Origin: an uncultured Ottowia sp. | Lineage (GTDB): Bacteria > Pseudomonadota > Gammaproteobacteria > Burkholderiales > Burkholderiaceae_C | Assembly (NCBI GenBank): GCA_964527755.1 | Contig: CAZGOL010000002.1 | Span: 1-42,272 of the forward strand | Direction of reading: 5' to 3' | DNA length: 42,272 nt | In this document: positions 17,873 through 28,391 of the stretch, piece after piece | Layout: each line of letters starts with the position of its first letter | Numbering within the stretch: position 1 is the first letter of the stretch | Notes under the pieces: generated by a model | What the model saw: the letters and a program-made list of their open reading frames with translations, nothing else | The model's database searches: none | Told to the model about the DNA's origin: nothing | Made by a program: the position numbers and the translations under genes

Positions 17873-19762
17873 TCATTTTGCTGTTTCGGTCGTGGTGATC
17901 GATGCCGGGCTTTCGGCGGCGCCCGATGATCGATCGGGATCTTCGCGCGCACCGTCGATTCCGGCGCAGCGCTCGAACCGCCGATCAGCGCCGTACGGAA
18001 AGAAGTCGATCAACTCGCGCCGGCGGATGCGCTTTTGCGTGCGCTGCCAGAATTCGGGCGTGAGGAGGTCGGCGTGCAGACGCAGAAAAACCTCGCGCAC
18101 GCGCGGGTGGCCGAGCAGGAAAGGCGCGAAGGTCTCGGGGAAGATGTCGTGCCGGGCCACGGGGTACCAGGGCTCGCCGCTCAGTTCATCCTCTTCGTCG
18201 CGCGGCGGCGGGACGCGACGGAAGTTGCAGTCGGTGAGATACTCGATTTCGTCGTAGTCGTAGAACACCACCTTGCCGTGGCGCGTGACGCCGAAATTCT
18301 TCCATAGCATGTCGCCCGGAAAGATGTTGGCAGCCGCCAAATCCTTGATGGCGTTGCCGTATTCGAGCACGGCGTGTTCGATCTGCGCGCGCGCGGCGGC
18401 ATCATCCTCGGGGGCCTCGAGTGCCTCCTGCAGGTGCAGGTTCAGTGGCACCATGCGTCGCTCGATGTAAGCGTGCGCGATGATCACCTCGAGCTGGCCG
18501 TCGCCGTCGCGGTCGGAGATCTCGAGCTGGCTGGGCGCCTCGCGCTGGATTTCGGCGACCAGCGCGTCGTCGAAGCGATCGCGCGGGAACGCGAGCAGCG
18601 AGAACTCCATGGTATCGGCCATGCGACCCACGCGGTCGTGGTGCTTGACGAGGTGGTACTTGGCGCGGATCTGCTCGCGCGTGGTTTCCTTGGGTGGCGC
18701 GAAGTGGTCCTTGATGATCTTGAAGACATAGGGAAAGCTCGGCAGATCGAACACCAGCATCACCATGCCCTTGATCCCCGGCGCCATGCGGAATTTGTCC
18801 GTCGAATGGCGCAGGTGCCACAGCAGGTCGCGATAAAACAGGTTTTTGCCCTGCTTGGCCAGACCCAGCGCGTTGTAGAGCTCGGCACCGGGCTTGCGTG
18901 GCATCAGGGTGCGCAGGAACTGCACGTAGGCCGATGGGATTTCCATGTCGACCATGAAGTAGGCGCGCGAGAACGAAAACAGCACCGACAGGTCTTCCTC
19001 GCCGAACAGCGCCGCGTCCACATGCAACGTGCCGGGCTGGCGGTGCAGGAGCGGCAGCGCAAACGGAATTTCGCGAAAGCCGTTGATGAGCTTGCCGACC
19101 AGGTAGGCACCCTTGTTGCGGAAAAAAAGGCTGCTCAGTACCTGGATCTGCAGGTTGCTCTGCGCGCGCGCACCGGCGAGTTCGCGCCGCATGGCGGCGG
19201 CCACCAGGCGGGCGTCGCGCGTCAGATCCTCGAAGCGACAGCGCAACTCGAACGACTGCACGATCGTCCGTACGGTATCGGCCAAGCCCGCCAGCGTTGG
19301 GTAGTGGGCGCGAAACGTGGGCGGGGCGCGCGGGTTGGTGGTCTCCAAGTATTCGGTGCTGATCGCCGGACGCACGAAGATGAAGTCGTTCTGGAAATAG
19401 TTGCGGTGCAGGATCTTGGTGGTGACCGAGTTGAAGAAGGTCTCGGCCAGTTCGGGCTGCTGGTGCGTCACCAGCATCCCGATGTACAGCAGCTTGGCCT
19501 GGTGCCACAGCGCCATCGGCAAGTCGCCGGCGCCGAACTCGCGCTCCAAGCGCCGCGTGCATTCGCGCACCCGCAGGTCGTAGAACTCGATGCGCTCGCG
19601 CTGGGCGCGCTGCTGGCCGTGCCAGTCGCTGGTTTCGAAACGGTGCCGGGCACGGGCCGATTCGGTGCGAAAGAGGCGGTAGTGGCGGTTGAAGCCGTCG
19701 ATCATCGCGCGTGCCAGCTCGTGCGCCAGCGCGTCCTGTTCGGCGGTCAGCGCCGTGGTCAT
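17873..19762 (-). CDS. aceK: Isocitrate dehydrogenase kinase/phosphatase
   Basis: [52 protein letters not shown]. Confidence 0.97.
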   Translation of the reverse strand: MTTALTAEQDALAHELARAMIDGFNRHYRLFRTESARARHRFETSDWHGQQRAQRERIEFYDLRVRECTRRLEREFGAGDLPMALWHQAKLLYIGMLVTHQQPELAETFFNSVTTKILHRNYFQNDFIFVRPAISTEYLETTNPRAPPTFRAHYPTLAGLADTVRTIVQSFELRCRFEDLTRDARLVAAAMRRELAGARAQSNLQIQVLSSLFFRNKGAYLVGKLINGFREIPFALPLLHRQPGTLHVDAALFGEEDLSVLFSFSRAYFMVDMEIPSAYVQFLRTLMPRKPGAELYNALGLAKQGKNLFYRDLLWHLRHSTDKFRMAPGIKGMVMLVFDLPSFPYVFKIIKDHFAPPKETTREQIRAKYHLVKHHDRVGRMADTMEFSLLAFPRDRFDDALVAEIQREAPSQLEISDRDGDGQLEVIIAHAYIERRMVPLNLHLQEALEAPEDDAAARAQIEHAVLEYGNAIKDLAAANIFPGDMLWKNFGVTRHGKVVFYDYDEIEYLTDCNFRRVPPPRDEEDELSGEPWYPVARHDIFPETFAPFLLGHPRVREVFLRLHADLLTPEFWQRTQKRIRRRELIDFFPYGADRRFERCAGIDGAREDPDRSSGAAESPASITTTETAK

Positions 19763-19766
19763 GGGA

Positions 19767-20438
19767 TTACCCGGCGGTGGTGTCCGCCGGTTGGCGCGGG
19801 TAGCGCTTGATGGCGTTGCTGTAGATCTGCACCACGTGATCGGCCCGTGACATCGTGACACCCAGGTCCTTGACCAGGCCGTCCTTGAGGCCATAGCACC
19901 AGCCGTGCACGGCGAGCTGCTGGCCGCGTGCCCAGGCGTCCTGAACCACCGTGGTCTCGGCCACGTGACCGACCTGCTCGATCACGTTCATCTCGCACAG
20001 GGTGCTTTCCTGATCCTGGGTGCACAGGTGCATCCAGCGGCCGCGGTGGCGCTGCTTGACGTCGTGCACGTGCCGCAGCCAGTTGTCGCCCAGGCCGATG
20101 CGCTGCTCGCGCAGCACGGCCAGCACGCCGCCGCAGCCGTAGTGGCCCACCACCATGATGTGCTCGACCTTGAGCACGTCGACGGCGAACTGGATGACGG
20201 ACAGCGCGTTGAGATCCGAGCTGACCACCACGTTGGCGACGTTGCGGTGCACGAACACCTCGCCTGGCTCCAGGCCAATCACCTGGTTGGCTGGCACGCG
20301 GCTATCCGAGCAGCCGATCCACATGTACCGGGGTGTCTGCTGCTGCGCCAAGGCCTTGAAGAAGCCCGGTTGCTCGCGCTCCATGCTGCTCGCCCAGGCG
20401 CGGTTCTTGTCGATGAGGTGTTGAAGCGATGACGGCAT
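19767..20438 (-). CDS. can: Beta-carbonic anhydrase (Can type)
   Basis: [40 protein letters not shown]. Confidence 0.93.
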   Translation of the reverse strand: MPSSLQHLIDKNRAWASSMEREQPGFFKALAQQQTPRYMWIGCSDSRVPANQVIGLEPGEVFVHRNVANVVVSSDLNALSVIQFAVDVLKVEHIMVVGHYGCGGVLAVLREQRIGLGDNWLRHVHDVKQRHRGRWMHLCTQDQESTLCEMNVIEQVGHVAETTVVQDAWARGQQLAVHGWCYGLKDGLVKDLGVTMSRADHVVQIYSNAIKRYPRQPADTTAG

Positions 20439-20472
20439 GGAGCGATTGTGCGCGCGACGGGTGTGGCGTGCC

Positions 20473-21648
20473 TCAGGCGGTCTCGGCAAACAGCTCGCGA
20501 CCGATCAGCATGCGGCGGATCTCGCTGGTGCCTGCGCCGATCTCGTACAACTTGGCGTCGCGCCACAGGCGCTCGACCGGAAACTCCTTGGTGTAGCCCA
20601 CGCCGCCCAGCGCCTGGATGGCCTCGCCCGCCATCCAGGTGGCCTTCTCGGCCGAGTACAGGATGGCACCGGCGGCGTCCTTGCGAAAGCTGCGCGCGTG
20701 ATCGGCCCGGTCGGCTGCCTGGCCCACCGCGTAGACATAGGCACGCGTCGCTTGCCAGGTGCTGTACAGGTCGGCCAGCTTGCCCTGCATCAGCTGGAAC
20801 TCGCCGATGCTCTGGCCGAACTGCTTGCGCTCGTGCACGAAGGGCAGCACGGCGTCCATGCACGCTGCCATGATGCCCAGCGGCCCGCCCGACAGCACCG
20901 CGCGCTCGTAGTCCAGCCCGCTCATCAGCACCTTGGCGCCGTTGCCTTCGCCGCCCATCACGTTTTCCGCCGGCACCTCGCAGTTGTCGAAGAAGAGGGG
21001 CCAGGTGTTGCTGCCGCGCATGCCCAGCTTGTCGAGCTTGGTGCCGGCACTGAAACCCTTGAAGCCCTTCTCGACGATGAAGGCCGTCATGCCGCGTGAA
21101 CCCAGCTCGGGTTCGGTCTTGGCGTAGATCACCAGGGTGTCGGCGTCGCCGCCGTTGGTGATCCACATCTTGCTGCCGTTCAGCACGTAGTAGCCGTCCT
21201 TCTTGTCGGCGCGCAGCTTCATGCTGACCACGTCGCTGCCGGCGTTCGGCTCGCTCATGGCCAGCGCGCCCACGTGCTCGCCGCTGACCAGCTTGGGCAG
21301 GTACTTGGCCTTCTGTGCCGCGCTGCCGTTGCGGTGGATCTGGTTGACGCACAGGTTGGAGTGCGCGCCGTAGGACAGGCCGACCGAAGCCGAGGCGCGC
21401 GAGACCTCTTCCATCGCGACGATGTGCGCCAGATAGCCCAGCTCGGTGCCGCCGTATTCGGCCTTCACCGTCATGCCGTGCAATCCGAGCTCGCCCAGTT
21501 TGGCCCACAGGTCGTGCGGGAACAGGTTGTCGTGGTCCACTTGGGCCGCGCGCGGTGCGATCTCGGCCTGCGCGAAGTCGTGCACCGCCTCGCGCAGGGC
21601 GTCGATGTCCTCGCCCAGGTGGAAGTTCAGGCCGGGAAGGTTGCTCAT
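20473..21648 (-). CDS. ivd: Isovaleryl-CoA dehydrogenase
   Basis: [42 protein letters not shown]. Confidence 0.95.
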   Translation of the reverse strand: MSNLPGLNFHLGEDIDALREAVHDFAQAEIAPRAAQVDHDNLFPHDLWAKLGELGLHGMTVKAEYGGTELGYLAHIVAMEEVSRASASVGLSYGAHSNLCVNQIHRNGSAAQKAKYLPKLVSGEHVGALAMSEPNAGSDVVSMKLRADKKDGYYVLNGSKMWITNGGDADTLVIYAKTEPELGSRGMTAFIVEKGFKGFSAGTKLDKLGMRGSNTWPLFFDNCEVPAENVMGGEGNGAKVLMSGLDYERAVLSGGPLGIMAACMDAVLPFVHERKQFGQSIGEFQLMQGKLADLYSTWQATRAYVYAVGQAADRADHARSFRKDAAGAILYSAEKATWMAGEAIQALGGVGYTKEFPVERLWRDAKLYEIGAGTSEIRRMLIGRELFAETA

Positions 21649-21678
21649 GGCGAAGTCTCCTGTCGTGGGGTCGTGTTG

Positions 21679-22134
21679 TCAGTCAGTCTTGGGCACCGGC
21701 ATCATCGTCTGCTGGAGCACGGCGCAGAGCGAGGTCTTGCCATCGTCGGCGACGTGGCTGACGTCGGTGCGCGCGACGATCAGCCGCCGACCTGCCTTCA
21801 CCACATGGCCAGTGGCGCGCAGCATCCCGTCCTTGTGCATGGCCAGGAAATTGATCTTGTACTCGACGGTGACCACTTCCATGTCTTCGGCCACGGTGGT
21901 GAACGCCGCATAGCCGCCAGCGATGTCGCCGATTGCGCCCATCGCGCCGCCGTGAAAGCCGCCCTGCTGCTGCGTCACTCGTTCCGAAAATGGCAGCCAG
22001 ATCTCGACCTCGCCCGGCGTCACCCTGCCGAGACGCGCCTGCAGGTGGCGCATCAGTCCCTGGCGCGCGAAGCTGGCGGCCACGCGCGCATGCAGGTCCG
22101 GATACTCGATCGCGGTGGGTGGTGCGAAAGTCAT
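21679..22134 (-). CDS. PaaI family hotdog thioesterase
   Basis: QQQGGFHGG...D, VTVEYKINFL, GRRLIV. Confidence 0.88.
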   Translation of the reverse strand: MTFAPPTAIEYPDLHARVAASFARQGLMRHLQARLGRVTPGEVEIWLPFSERVTQQQGGFHGGAMGAIGDIAGGYAAFTTVAEDMEVVTVEYKINFLAMHKDGMLRATGHVVKAGRRLIVARTDVSHVADDGKTSLCAVLQQTMMPVPKTD

Positions 22135-22168
22135 GGACGGTATCCTATGGAGATGCTTGGCGCGAGCG

Positions 22169-22600
22169 TCAAGCGGCATCGTCGGCGGTGATCACGGCGG
22201 CCGGGGCGCGCGTCCGCGCCAACCGCATCAGCAGCGCGCGAGCGTCTTTTTCGTGTTGCGCCACTTCTTGCAAGGTGGCTTGCAGTTCAGCCAGTTGCGC
22301 CTGCAATTGCGCGCGGTGCTGACCCAGCACCAGCAGGAAGCGCTCGAGTTGCGGGCGCGTGTCGCGCGGGCTGTCGTACATGTCGATCAGCTCGCGTGCC
22401 TCGGTCAGCGACAGACCCAGTCGCTTGGCGCGCAACGTCAGCTTCAGGCGCGTGCGATCGCGGTTGCTGTACACGCGTTGGCGCCCGCCTGGCCCGCGCC
22501 GGTCGGGCTGCAGCAGCCCCATGTCCTCGTAGAAGCGCATCGCGCGCGGCGTGAGGTCGAACTCGCGCGCGAGATCACTGATCGTGTACGTGGTGGCCAT
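22169..22600 (-). CDS. liuR: MerR-family regulator, LiuR type
   Basis: YTISDLAREFDLTPRAMRFYED, RLKLTLRAKRLGLSL; upstream of ivd and has a LiuR-type box. Confidence 0.85.
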   Translation of the reverse strand: MATTYTISDLAREFDLTPRAMRFYEDMGLLQPDRRGPGGRQRVYSNRDRTRLKLTLRAKRLGLSLTEARELIDMYDSPRDTRPQLERFLLVLGQHRAQLQAQLAELQATLQEVAQHEKDARALLMRLARTRAPAAVITADDAA

Positions 22601-22666
22601 GACGGAAGGGGTGCGCAATGAGCCTGACTCCAGCGCGGACGGCGCGCCATCGGCAATCCTCATTCA

Positions 22667-22686
22667 AGTTGACGTTAACGTCAACT
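22667..22686. promoter_or_regulatory. LiuR operator (perfect 20 bp palindrome AGTTGACGTTAACGTCAACT)
   Basis: Perfect palindrome 66 nt upstream of the liuR ATG; resembles the described LiuR consensus TTTACGT-NN-ACGTAAA. Confidence 0.85.
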
Positions 22687-22749
22687 GCCCGATCGTACCC
22701 GACCGGCCGGTGGCCGCGCGGTCAACGGGCGGCACCCGGGGGTGTCGCC

Positions 22750-24582
22750 TCAGCGAACCACGTGCGCGCGCCGCACGATCCGGTCGGCCTGCTGCTGCGT
22801 GACACCCGGGCCGAGCGAGCCGAACAGTGCGCGCTGGCCCTGGCCCAGGCGCGTCTTCATGAACACGTCGATCACTTCGGGCGTCGAGTGGCGCAGCAGT
22901 TCGGCACCCTCGATGGCCCGGCCCATCGCCTCGCTGGCGGTGCGCGCGTAAAACTCGTCATCCAGCATGGCGCCCAGCAGCGGGTCGAGTTGCTGCAGAA
23001 AGGCGTCGAAGCGCGCGTCCTGGCCGCGCACGTCGGCGAACTCGTCCAGCATGGCCTGGCGGCAGCTCGGGTCGCGCTCCATGGCGCGGCGCACGTCCAT
23101 GCACATCATGTTGGCCGTGCCTTCCCACACGCTGTTGAGCGGCGATTCGCGGAACAGCCGCGCGATCTGGTTTTCCTCGATGAAGCCGTTGCCGCCGTGG
23201 CACTGCAGCGCCTCGTTGGCCACCAGCGGCACGCGCGAACAGTTGAAGAACTTGGCCATCGGCGTGGCCACGCGTGCGAATGCCGCCTCATGCGCGTTGG
23301 TCTGCAGGTGGTCGGTGGCCTTGGCGATGCGCAGGCTCAGCAGGGTGGCCGCTTCCACCTCGACCGCCATGTCGGCCAGCACGTTGGCCATCATCGGCCG
23401 GTCGGCCAGTGCCGAGCCGAAGCCGCGGCGCGTGCGCGCGTGGTTGAGCGCCAGCGTGAGCGCCAGCCGCATGAGGCCCGCCGAGCCAACGGCGAAGTCC
23501 AGCCGTGTCAGGTGCGAGTGCGAGAGGATCTCACGCAGGCCCTTGCCCTCGGCGCCGACGCGAATGGCCAGGGTGCCGCTGTATTCCACTTCGCTGGAAG
23601 CGTTGGAGCGGTTGCCGGCCTTGTCCTTGAGCCGCTGGATGAAGAAGCGGTTGAAGCTGCCGTCGGGCAGCGTGCGCGGCAGGAAGAAGCAGGTGACGCC
23701 ACCGTTGACCTTGGCCAGAGTGAAGAAGCCGTCGGACTGTGGTACCGAGCAGAACCACTTGTGGCCGGTCAACTCGTACCAATCGGCCGGCGCGCCGTGG
23801 TAGTCGCTGGTGTGAGAGTAGCGGGCAGTGGTTTGCGTGGCGCGCAAATCCGAGCCGCCCTGCTTTTCCGTCATCGCGTAGCCGATCACCACCGAAGGCT
23901 TGTCGGCCACTTCGCGGCGGCTGAATTCGTATTGCGTGCCGCAGGATTTTTTCGCCCAGATGGCGAGGGCCGGCTCGGCCTGGAAGCCGGCGTAGGCGGC
24001 GTAGGCCATGCCGGTCGGGCAGCCCGTGCCCTGCTCGACCTGGTTCCACAGGTACGAGAGCACGGCGCGCGCATAGTGGGGCTGAGGCTCGGCCGCCGTC
24101 CACGACAGGTTGGGCACGCCGTGTTCCCAGGCAATGGACATCAGCTGATGCCAAGCGGGATGGAAGTCGACCCAGTCGATGCGATGACCGAAACGATCGT
24201 GCGTCTTGAGTTCGGGCGTGTTGCGGTTGGCCTGGCGGGCCAGCTCCTGCACCGCCTCGTCGCCCGCCAGTTGCCCGAGCGCGGCGCAGCGGTCGTGCGC
24301 CCAGGGTGCTTCGCGGGCGATGGCGCTGGCGAGCACCGCATCGGCGGTGAACGCGTTGAAGTGGATGGCCGGCGCCGCCTGGTTGTAGACGTCGTGTGTG
24401 GCATAGCGGCCGCTGGCCGATGCTTGCGCGGGCAGGTTGATCTCGATGGCGGCGCGAAACACGGTGTCGTCCATGAAACCGCCCACCACCTTGGCCTGGC
24501 TGGCGGCTTGCGGCGAGGCGGGGCGCGCCACGGCGGTGGCGCGCTGGGGCAGCAGTTCGTTGGGGTCGCTGTGGCTGGTCAT
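22750..24582 (-). CDS. AidB-like acyl-CoA dehydrogenase family protein
   Basis: THDVYNQA, HDRFGHRIDWVDFHPAWH, GTGCP, MTEKQGGSD, LTGHKWFCS, RESPLNSVWEG; ATGA overlap with the tetR stop. Confidence 0.88.
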   Translation of the reverse strand: MTSHSDPNELLPQRATAVARPASPQAASQAKVVGGFMDDTVFRAAIEINLPAQASASGRYATHDVYNQAAPAIHFNAFTADAVLASAIAREAPWAHDRCAALGQLAGDEAVQELARQANRNTPELKTHDRFGHRIDWVDFHPAWHQLMSIAWEHGVPNLSWTAAEPQPHYARAVLSYLWNQVEQGTGCPTGMAYAAYAGFQAEPALAIWAKKSCGTQYEFSRREVADKPSVVIGYAMTEKQGGSDLRATQTTARYSHTSDYHGAPADWYELTGHKWFCSVPQSDGFFTLAKVNGGVTCFFLPRTLPDGSFNRFFIQRLKDKAGNRSNASSEVEYSGTLAIRVGAEGKGLREILSHSHLTRLDFAVGSAGLMRLALTLALNHARTRRGFGSALADRPMMANVLADMAVEVEAATLLSLRIAKATDHLQTNAHEAAFARVATPMAKFFNCSRVPLVANEALQCHGGNGFIEENQIARLFRESPLNSVWEGTANMMCMDVRRAMERDPSCRQAMLDEFADVRGQDARFDAFLQQLDPLLGAMLDDEFYARTASEAMGRAIEGAELLRHSTPEVIDVFMKTRLGQGQRALFGSLGPGVTQQQADRIVRRAHVVR

Positions 24583-25286
24583 GTCGTCATCTCCGGGCGT
24601 GACAGGTGGGTGGTTGGGATGGCCGGGGCGGGTGAATGCACCTGGGCCGTGTTCGGCACCGCGACGGCGGCGCAGCAGACGTCGGCGATCTGGCAGGCGA
24701 GGCCGTGCACGGGTTGCGTGCCGACCGCGTGGGGGGCATCGAAATCGGCGTTGAGCGGAGAGAGCGGCCCGATCAGCCCCTCCATGAAGCCGCCCACGAT
24801 CACGGTGGCGGCCACGCTGGCGTTCAGGTCGGCACGGAAGTCGCCGCTGGCCATGCCGTCCTCGACGATGCGCATGATCTGCTTGCTGATGGCGTAGCGG
24901 TAGGTGAGACGCGCTTCGTCGATGGCGCGCTCGCATGGCTCGGCGATCAGCGCGTAGGCCAGGCGCCGGTTGCGCATCGCGCGTTCGACGAAGGTCACCA
25001 CCGCCAGGCGCAGCCGCACGCGCGGTGGCTCATCGCCATCGGCGATCGACTGCAGCACATCCACCTCGCGCTGCGAGACGGTGGAAAGCACCTCGACAAA
25101 CAGGTCGGTCTTGGATGGGAAGTAGCGATACACCGTGCCGATGGCCAGTTCCACCGCCGCCGCCACGTGGCTGATGCGCGCCTCGGGCCAGCCGCCTTCG
25201 CTCACCAGCGCCCGGGCCGCCTGAAGGATGCGGTTGCGGTTGTCGGCCAGACGCGCGACGACGTTGCTGGTGCGGTGATAAGCCAT
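24579..25286 (-). CDS. TetR/AcrR family regulator
   Basis: RILQAARALV...VAAAVELAIGTVYRYFPSKTDLF HTH. Confidence 0.92.
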   Translation of the reverse strand: MAYHRTSNVVARLADNRNRILQAARALVSEGGWPEARISHVAAAVELAIGTVYRYFPSKTDLFVEVLSTVSQREVDVLQSIADGDEPPRVRLRLAVVTFVERAMRNRRLAYALIAEPCERAIDEARLTYRYAISKQIMRIVEDGMASGDFRADLNASVAATVIVGGFMEGLIGPLSPLNADFDAPHAVGTQPVHGLACQIADVCCAAVAVPNTAQVHSPAPAIPTTHLSRPEMTT

Positions 25287-25292
25287 AAAGAA

Positions 25293-25329
25293 ATGAATAT
25301 TGATTCATCAAAGACTGAACTGTAACTCA
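25293..25329. promoter_or_regulatory. Putative tandem TetR operators
   Basis: ATGAAT-ATTG-ATTCAT (25293-25308) and related TGAACTGTAACTCA (25316-25329) just upstream of the tetR start. Confidence 0.6.
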
Positions 25330-25521
25330 CTTCTTGGCCGTGCGCAAGGGATGGCCGATGCCGAGAGGTGCCCCCGGCGGATCACCGGGAGGTGCCATCG
25401 GTCACCCGGCTGTCGCGCGGGTGCTGGGCGCGCCCCGTGTTCCGTTCCTAAAATCGGGCTCGGGTCGGCGTCGTTGCCGTCGCGCCCCGTCCGCGCCTTC
25501 GCGCCAATCCTCCACCATCCC

Positions 25522-26586
25522 ATGTCCATCACCGCCGAACTCGAACGCGCCCTGAACTACCCGCTGGGCGACCAGTTGCCGGCACCGGGTCGTGCCATCG
25601 AGGTGGCGCCGGACGTGCGCTGGGTGCGGATCGGCTTGCCGTTCGCCCTGGATCACATCAACGTGTGGCTGTTGCGTGATCGCCTGGAAGGTCGCGAGGG
25701 CTGGACCGTGGTGGATTGCTGCATCGACCATCCCGAGTCGCGCGCGCTGTGGGAACAGGTGTTCGAGCACGAACTGGCGGGACTGCCGATCCTGCGCGTG
25801 GTCGTCACCCACATGCATCCCGATCACATCGGGTTGGCGCACTGGTTGTGCGATGTCTGGTCCGCCCCGCTGTGGATCAGCGCTACGGATTTCCAGGCGG
25901 CACGCTATGCATCGGAAGTGGTCAACAGCTTTGGCGGCGACCGGCTGGCGGCGTACTTCCGAAGCCACGGAATGACCGATCCGGGCGATCTGGACAAGAT
26001 CCGCAACCGCAAGAACTATTACCGCAACCTGGTGCCCGACGTGCCGCCTTCCTTCGTGCGGCTGATGGACGGACACACGCTCACCATCGGCGGCCGGGTG
26101 TGGCGCTGCATCGCGGGCTACGGCCACGCGCCCGAGCACATCGCGCTGCATTGCGAGAGCCTGGATGTCCTGATCAGCGGCGACATGGTGCTGCCGCGCA
26201 TCTCGACCAACGTGAGCGTCTACGAGATGGAGCCCGAGGCCGATTCGCTCACCCTGTTCCTCGACTCCATTGATCGTTTCCAGGCGCTGCCCGCAGCCAC
26301 GCTGGTGCTGCCTTCGCACGGCAAGCCCTTCATCGGCCTGCACACGCGCATCGGGCAATTGCATGACCACCACCGCGAGCGCCTGACCGAGGTGATGGCC
26401 GCCGCGCGCGCTCGGCCCGTGAGCGCCTACGACGTGCTGCCGGTGCTGTTCAAGCGCCCGCTCGACCTGCACCAGACCACCTTCGCCCTGGGCGAGTCGG
26501 TGGCGCACCTGCACCGGCTTTGGCACGGCGGACAACTGGCGCGAACGCGCGACGCCGATGGCATCTGGCGCTTTGCGCCCACCTGA
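25522..26586 (+). CDS. MBL-fold metallo-hydrolase
   Basis: LPFALDHIN, THMHPDHIG, GHAPEH, ISGD, LPSHG. Confidence 0.92.
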   Translation: MSITAELERALNYPLGDQLPAPGRAIEVAPDVRWVRIGLPFALDHINVWLLRDRLEGREGWTVVDCCIDHPESRALWEQVFEHELAGLPILRVVVTHMHPDHIGLAHWLCDVWSAPLWISATDFQAARYASEVVNSFGGDRLAAYFRSHGMTDPGDLDKIRNRKNYYRNLVPDVPPSFVRLMDGHTLTIGGRVWRCIAGYGHAPEHIALHCESLDVLISGDMVLPRISTNVSVYEMEPEADSLTLFLDSIDRFQALPAATLVLPSHGKPFIGLHTRIGQLHDHHRERLTEVMAAARARPVSAYDVLPVLFKRPLDLHQTTFALGESVAHLHRLWHGGQLARTRDADGIWRFAPT

Positions 26587-26650
26587 TTTCAAGCCGAATC
26601 GAGCGTTATCGCTTGTTGGGCAAGCCGGGCCAGCTATCAAATAAGTAGTT
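26587..26650 (+). repeat. ~64 bp intergenic palindromic repeat, copy 2
   Basis: TTTCAAGCCGAATCG...GCTT-GTTGGG-CAAGCC-N7-CTATCAAA, between convergent genes. Confidence 0.7.
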
Positions 26651-26665
26651 CAAATCGGTGATGCA

Positions 26666-27625
26666 TCACCACGGCGGCGTCAAGGTGCCCTTCAGCTCGG
26701 CGCGCCGCTGGGCGTAGTCCGGCAGCACGCCTTCGACGTGCTTCCAGAAGCGCGCGCTGTGGTTCATCTCGCGCAGATGCGCCAGTTCGTGCACGACCAC
26801 GTAATCGATGAGGGCGGGGCCGCAATGGATCAGTCGCCAGTTCAGGCGAATCGAGCCGTCCGCGCTGGCCGACCCCCAGCGCGTGCCGGCCGATGACAGG
26901 GTCAGGCGCTGCCAGCGCACGCCCAGCGGTGGCGCGAAGTGGTCCAGCCGCGCAATGAACAGGCGTCGCGCCTGGCGCATCAACCAGGCTTGGGTGGTGT
27001 CGCGCCATTGCGCGGGCGTGGCGCCCGGCGGCAGCGCAAGCCACAGCGCCGGTGTGCCGGCACCGTCGCTCTGCAGTGCGGCACCGGCGCGGCCGTGGCG
27101 CGGGTGCGGATCGAGCCGCAACTCCAGCGAGTCCCCCAGGTAGGGCAGGCGGGCGCCCTCGCGCCAGTCGATGCGCGCGGCGGCCAGTCGTGCCTGGCGC
27201 TCGCCCGCCTCGCGCAGCTTGGCGACGATCCAGCGGCCTTTCTCGCGCAGCGCGATCTCGATTTCGGCAATCGAAGTCCAGGCCGGCGCGCTCACGGCAA
27301 GGCCGTCGGCACCGATCGAAAAGCCGATGGTGCGCCGCCGGCCGCGCCGCAGCACATAGCCGATGTGCACGTGCTCGAGCGCGATCCGGCGATTGGCCTG
27401 CGGGTGGCCGAACGTGGCCGGTTCCGACATCGGCGCCGGAGGCGGTGCAACCACCCCCCGTTCTTGTTTTGCTCCTGATTCGCAAGCTGGCGGGGCAATC
27501 GCCACGGGCGCTGTCGGCTCATCGAGGCCGAACAGTGGTTCGGCGGGCGACGGCGTCGCCACACCGCAACCGGCATCGAACAGGAGGAGTTGCAGCGCCG
27601 CCACGACCAGTGTCGGCTCAGGCAC
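26666..27625 (-). CDS. YgjP/DUF45 family zinc metallo-hydrolase
   Basis: TRWGSAS, IRLNWRL, YVVVHELAHLREMNHS..FW; start (GTG 27625) uncertain. Confidence 0.85.
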   Translation of the reverse strand: MPEPTLVVAALQLLLFDAGCGVATPSPAEPLFGLDEPTAPVAIAPPACESGAKQERGVVAPPPAPMSEPATFGHPQANRRIALEHVHIGYVLRRGRRRTIGFSIGADGLAVSAPAWTSIAEIEIALREKGRWIVAKLREAGERQARLAAARIDWREGARLPYLGDSLELRLDPHPRHGRAGAALQSDGAGTPALWLALPPGATPAQWRDTTQAWLMRQARRLFIARLDHFAPPLGVRWQRLTLSSAGTRWGSASADGSIRLNWRLIHCGPALIDYVVVHELAHLREMNHSARFWKHVEGVLPDYAQRRAELKGTLTPPW

Positions 27626-28391
27626 TGGGGCGCACCGCCGAGCGGCGTGCCTGGCCGTCGGGATAGGCCCCGGGGTCCAGGCGCAGCATCTCGGCCTCGA
27701 TCCACGTCTCGACTTCGCGCATCAGTTCGTGCGCCTTGCGCCCGGTGGTGGGCATGGGTGGGCCGATGGAGATGTCCACGATGCCCGGCTTCTTGACGAA
27801 GGCCTTGCGCGGCCAGCAGCGCGCCGAGGTGACGGCGATCGGAATCACCGGCACGCCGCACTCGATGGCCAGGCGCGCGCCGCTGGATTGATACGTGCCT
27901 TTTTCGCCGCGCGGGATGCGCGTGCCCTCTGGGAACATGACCACCCAGGTGCCTTGCTCCAGCAGCCGTCGGCCCTGCTCGATCACCTTGCGCAGCGCGT
28001 CGGTGCGCTGGCCGCGATCGATGTGGATCATCTCCAGCCGCCCGATGGCCCATCCGAAGAAGGGGATGCGCAAGAGCTCGCGCTTGAACACGAACGCCAC
28101 CGGGTGCGGCATCAGCACCGGCAGGCAGAACGTCTCCCACGTCGACTGGTGCTTGACCAGCAGCACGGCGGCGTCCAGCGTTCCGGTCGGCAGGTGCTCC
28201 AGGCCACTCACCCGGTTGCGGATTCCCAGAATCCAGCGTCCCCCGAGCGCCGCCGTCGCCAGCCACGACACGCAGACCCGGTACACCATCGGCTGGCTGG
28301 TGAAGGGCGCGATCAGCACCACGAGCGTGGCCCAGAGAATCACCGTGACCGCCATCCACAGCAGGTGGATCGTCGAGCGGAGCGCGTTCAT
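27618..28391 (-). CDS. plsC: 1-acyl-sn-glycerol-3-phosphate acyltransferase
   Basis: KHQSTWET, FVFKRELLRIPFFGW, FPEGTR. Confidence 0.9.
   Translation of the reverse strand: MNALRSTIHLLWMAVTVILWATLVVLIAPFTSQPMVYRVCVSWLATAALGGRWILGIRNRVSGLEHLPTGTLDAAVLLVKHQSTWETFCLPVLMPHPVAFVFKRELLRIPFFGWAIGRLEMIHIDRGQRTDALRKVIEQGRRLLEQGTWVVMFPEGTRIPRGEKGTYQSSGARLAIECGVPVIPIAVTSARCWPRKAFVKKPGIVDISIGPPMPTTGRKAHELMREVETWIEAEMLRLDPGAYPDGQARRSAVRPSA

Noticed and set aside
22618-24897. 759 aa plus-strand ORF
   Set aside because: Antisense shadow of the AidB-like and tetR genes; no motifs; expected in high-GC DNA
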